From IMG/VR virus record IMGVR_UViG_2609459840_000006: a DNA stretch of 8,504 bases. One strand, written 5' to 3'. Shown piece after piece: positions 5,728 through 8,504 of the stretch. The notes beneath the pieces were generated by a model. It did no database searches and was not told the DNA's origin. It saw only the letters and a list, made by a program, of their open reading frames with translations. The stretch is from a virus. Taxonomy: Duplodnaviria; Heunggongvirae; Uroviricota; Caudoviricetes. How positions within the stretch are numbered: position 1 is the first letter of the stretch; every line of letters starts with the position of its first letter. The position numbers and the translations under genes were made by a program.

Positions 5728-7168
5728 CAGGCTGCGGCATTTTGTCCGCGCCGGGCTTCGCTCACTGTTCAGGCCGGAGCCACAGACCGCCGTTGAATGG
5801 GCGGATGCTAATTACTATCTCCCGAAAGAATCCGCATACCAGGAAGGGCGCTGGGAAACACTGCCCTTTCAGCGGGCCATCATGAATGCGATGGGCAGCG
5901 ACTACATCCGCGAGGTGAATGTGGTGAAGTCTGCCCGTGTTGGTTATTCCAAAATGCTGTTGGGTGTTTATGCCTACTTCATAGAGCATAAGCAGCGCAA
6001 CACACTTATCTGGTTGCCGACGGATGGTGATGCCGAGAACTTTATGAAAACCCACGTTGAGCCGACCATCCGCGATATTCCGTTGCTGCTGGCGCTGGCT
6101 CCGTGGTATGGCAAAAAGCACCGGGATAACACGCTCACCATGAAGCGTTTTTCCAATGGTCGTGGCTTCTGGTGCCTGGGCGGTAAAGCGGCAAAAAACT
6201 ACCGTGAAAAGTCGGTGGATGTGGCGGGGTATGATGAACTTGCTGCCTTTGATGAGGATATTGAACAGGAAGGCTCTCCGACGTTCCTTGGCGACAAACG
6301 TATTGAAGGCTCGGTCTGGCCAAAGTCCATCCGTGGCTCCACCCCCAAAGTGAGAGGTACCTGCCAGATTGAGCGTGCAGCCAGTGAATCCCCGCATTTT
6401 ATGCGTTTTCATGTTGCCTGTCCGCACTGCGGGGAGGAGCAGTACCTTAAATTTGGCGATAAAGAGACGTCGTTTGGCCTCAAATGGACGCCGGATGATC
6501 CCTCCAGCGTGTTTTATCTCTGCGAACATAATGCCTGCGTCATCCGCCAGCAGGAACTGGACTTCACTGATGCCCGTTATATCTGCGAAAAGACCGGGAT
6601 CTGGACCCGTGATGGCATTCTCTGGTTTTCGTCATCCGGTGAAGAGATTGAGCCGCCGGACAGCGTGACCTTTCACATCTGGACGGCGTACAGCCCGTTC
6701 ACCACCTGGGTGCAGATTGTCAAAGACTGGATGAAAACGAAAGGGGATACGGGAAAACGTAAAACCTTCGTAAACACCACGCTCGGTGAGACGTGGGAGG
6801 CGAAAATTGGCGAACGTCCGGATGCTGAAGTGATGGCAGAGCGGAAAGAGCATTATTCAGCGCCCGTTCCTGACCGTGTGGCTTACCTGACCGCCGGTAT
6901 CGACTCCCAGCTGGATCGCTACGAAATGCGCGTATGGGGATGGGGGCCGGGTGAGGAAAGCTGGCTGATTGACCGGCAGATTATTATGGGCCGCCACGAC
7001 GATGAACAGACGCTGCTGCGTGTGGATGAGGCCATCAATAAAACCTATACCCGCCGGAATGGTGCAGAAATGTCGGTATCCCGTATCTGCTGGGATACTG
7101 GCGGGATTGATCCGACCATTGTGTATGAACGCTCGAAAAAACATGGGCTGTTCCGGGTGATCCCATAA
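5702..7168 (+). pseudogene. A: Terminase large subunit A, truncated after codon 488 by IS186
   Basis: GTG start (as in lambda); MNISNSQVNRLRHFVRAGLRSLF... is near-identical to lambda gpA through ..KKHGLFRVIP, then TAA at 7166-7168 inside the IS186 terminal repeat. Lambda gpA is 641 aa, so about 150 C-terminal residues are missing from this reading frame. Confidence 0.9.
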
Positions 7169-7186
7169 GCGCTAACTTAAGGGTTG
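7164..7186. repeat. IS186 terminal inverted repeat (gene A-proximal end)
   Basis: cataagcgctaacttaagggttg; its reverse complement is found at 8480-8502. Confidence 0.75.
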
Positions 7187-7334
7187 AACCATCTGAAGAA
7201 TGCGACGCCTCGGTGCCTCGTTAAGACGATGCCTCGCGTTCTTCAATTGCGTTTTGTAGGCTGTCAGGGATACTGTCCCACGAATGGCCACCTGTAAGCT
7301 CCAGATGACCATTTTTGTTATTCTCCACAACGAG

Positions 7335-8447
7335 TTAGTTCTTCTTTTCGGATCCGGCACTTCTGGGGGGGAAATCCAGCGATGGCTGGATTATGTCGTC
7401 AATTAAAAATGCGGCGAGTAGATTAGCAAATATCCACGCTTTCGCGAGTTCAGGTTCCTTTGCACGCAAAGCATCCAGGTGCAGCAAACTTTTGAGCCGC
7501 TTAAAAGCCAGTTCAATTTGCCATCGCAGACGGTAACAATCAGCCACTTGCTCTGCTGAATATTCATCTTCCGGTAATGATGTTAGCAATAGCACATGGC
7601 CCGCTGCTTCCAGCGTTTCCGCCTGAACTACTCGTCCTTTTCGACGATTCTCGCTGAGCAGTCGGGTTTTACTGATTAATGCTTTTTCGGGAGGAAGTGA
7701 TACGGCAATGAGACGTGCCGGAAAGGGAGCTCCGGCTTTTTTATTACCTGAATTGCCTATCATTACAGTGGTTTCACCGTTCTTACCGCAATCCAGCCCG
7801 CGCAGAAAACCCATCATGTCAAAGCGCATTCCTTCTGCAGTTAACCAGCGCAATCCTCGCCAGTGAACCCGGACGATATAATCAGCTTCTCCAAAAGCAA
7901 GTGAGCGGATACATTCGGGACGCGAACCGAATCCCCGGTCAGCAATGCGTATCTCGTCTGCCGTTTGCGCAAATCGGTCCAGCCGTTCAGCGTCTCTGCT
8001 GTCGGTTAGCTCAAAATCAGTGAACTGACAGGTATGAGGATCATATCCCATATGTAGTCGCCATTCAGCGCTGCCGCCCCCGGGCGCACTGATTGCTGTT
8101 CCATCGACAAGACGCAATCTCTTTCCGCTTGTACAACCCGTAACTGCGGCGCGTACAGCAAGTGTTTGTGCGGCAAGTATGCCAAACCAGTCGGCGGCAT
8201 TCCGCAGCCGCTTCAGGAGAGCCACGTCAGATAATGTTGCAACGTCATGGAGCTGAGCCCATGCAGTGACTTCACGTAATGACATCCCCCCGGGGCCGTA
8301 AGCCAGCCCCAGACGTAGCAGAGTTGCAGCATCACGAATTTCGCGGCGGCGGGTTAGAGCCCCGGCATTACGTGCCGAAGTATCCAGTTCTTCGGGCTTA
8401 CCAATATGGGCCAGAATTGCTGACCAGTTATCGTGAGAGTAATTCAT
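7335..8447 (-). CDS. IS186 transposase (IS4-family DDE transposase), 370 aa
   Basis: MNYSHDNWSAILAHIGKPEELDTSARNAGALTRRREIRD.. matches the IS186 transposase as I recall it. ATG at 8447; the track start at 8453 is GTG. Confidence 0.9.
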   Translation of the reverse strand: MNYSHDNWSAILAHIGKPEELDTSARNAGALTRRREIRDAATLLRLGLAYGPGGMSLREVTAWAQLHDVATLSDVALLKRLRNAADWFGILAAQTLAVRAAVTGCTSGKRLRLVDGTAISAPGGGSAEWRLHMGYDPHTCQFTDFELTDSRDAERLDRFAQTADEIRIADRGFGSRPECIRSLAFGEADYIVRVHWRGLRWLTAEGMRFDMMGFLRGLDCGKNGETTVMIGNSGNKKAGAPFPARLIAVSLPPEKALISKTRLLSENRRKGRVVQAETLEAAGHVLLLTSLPEDEYSAEQVADCYRLRWQIELAFKRLKSLLHLDALRAKEPELAKAWIFANLLAAFLIDDIIQPSLDFPPRSAGSEKKN

Positions 8448-8479
8448 CGGCACGTTAAATCATATCAGGCGTAATACCA

Positions 8480-8502
8480 CAACCCTTAAGTTAGCGCTTA
8501 TG
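8480..8502. repeat. IS186 terminal inverted repeat (transposase-proximal end)
   Basis: caacccttaagttagcgcttatg is the reverse complement of 7164-7186. Confidence 0.75.
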
Positions 8503-8504
8503 GG

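Larger units (their letters stand above)
7164..8502 (-). mobile_element. IS186 (IS4 family), complete or near-complete, inserted in gene A
   Basis: 23-bp terminal inverted repeats cataagcgctaacttaagggttg at 7164-7186 and 8480-8502 flank a 370-aa transposase ORF. Boundaries are uncertain by about 2 bp because the flanking cc/gg also form an inverted repeat; the element ends 2 bp before the window end. Confidence 0.88.

Noticed and set aside
5762-7160. Antisense or alternative-frame ORFs within gene A (5762-6529, 5974-6156, 6135-6323, 6156-6353, 6369-6668, 6632-6853, 6857-7144, 6969-7160)
   Set aside because: All lie within the terminase large-subunit frame, which matches lambda gpA throughout.
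7172-8200. ORFs 7172-7360 (-), 7715-8023 (+) and 8006-8200 (-) inside IS186
   Set aside because: They overlap or lie antisense to the 370-aa IS186 transposase; no evidence for a second IS186 gene.
1-8504. CRISPR arrays, tRNA/rRNA genes, integrase or attachment sites
   Set aside because: No regularly spaced direct repeats, no cloverleaf-like tRNA candidates and no integrase-like ORF; this window is late region and packaging, not the integration module.

Overview
This window is the late-region/packaging junction of a lambdoid prophage (Escherichia-type), with two insertion sequences. Left to right: the 3' 583 bp of an IS1 (insA end, insB, right IR); a multi-hairpin spacer; an intact NmpC/Lc-type porin gene on the minus strand; an AT-rich ~590 bp regulatory region; a phage-21-type lysis cassette (dual-start pinholin, SAR endolysin with E35/D44/T50, Rz with embedded Rz1); convergent terminators; a leftward accessory operon at the position lambda uses for bor (RHH DUF3950-like protein, AT-rich DUF1398/YbcV-like protein, unannotated 54-aa ORF); a lambda-type cos site; Nu1; and the terminase large-subunit gene A cut at codon 488 by an IS186 that runs to the window end. 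The prophage is therefore predicted to be packaging-defective (cryptic). All homology statements come from reading the translated ORFs and from memory of phage lambda, phage 21, IS1 and IS186; no database search was possible. The ORF track uses GTG/TTG as starts, so several starts were corrected by hand. Nothing here is clearly a new system; the best candidate for uncharacterised biology is the leftward accessory operon between Rz and cos.
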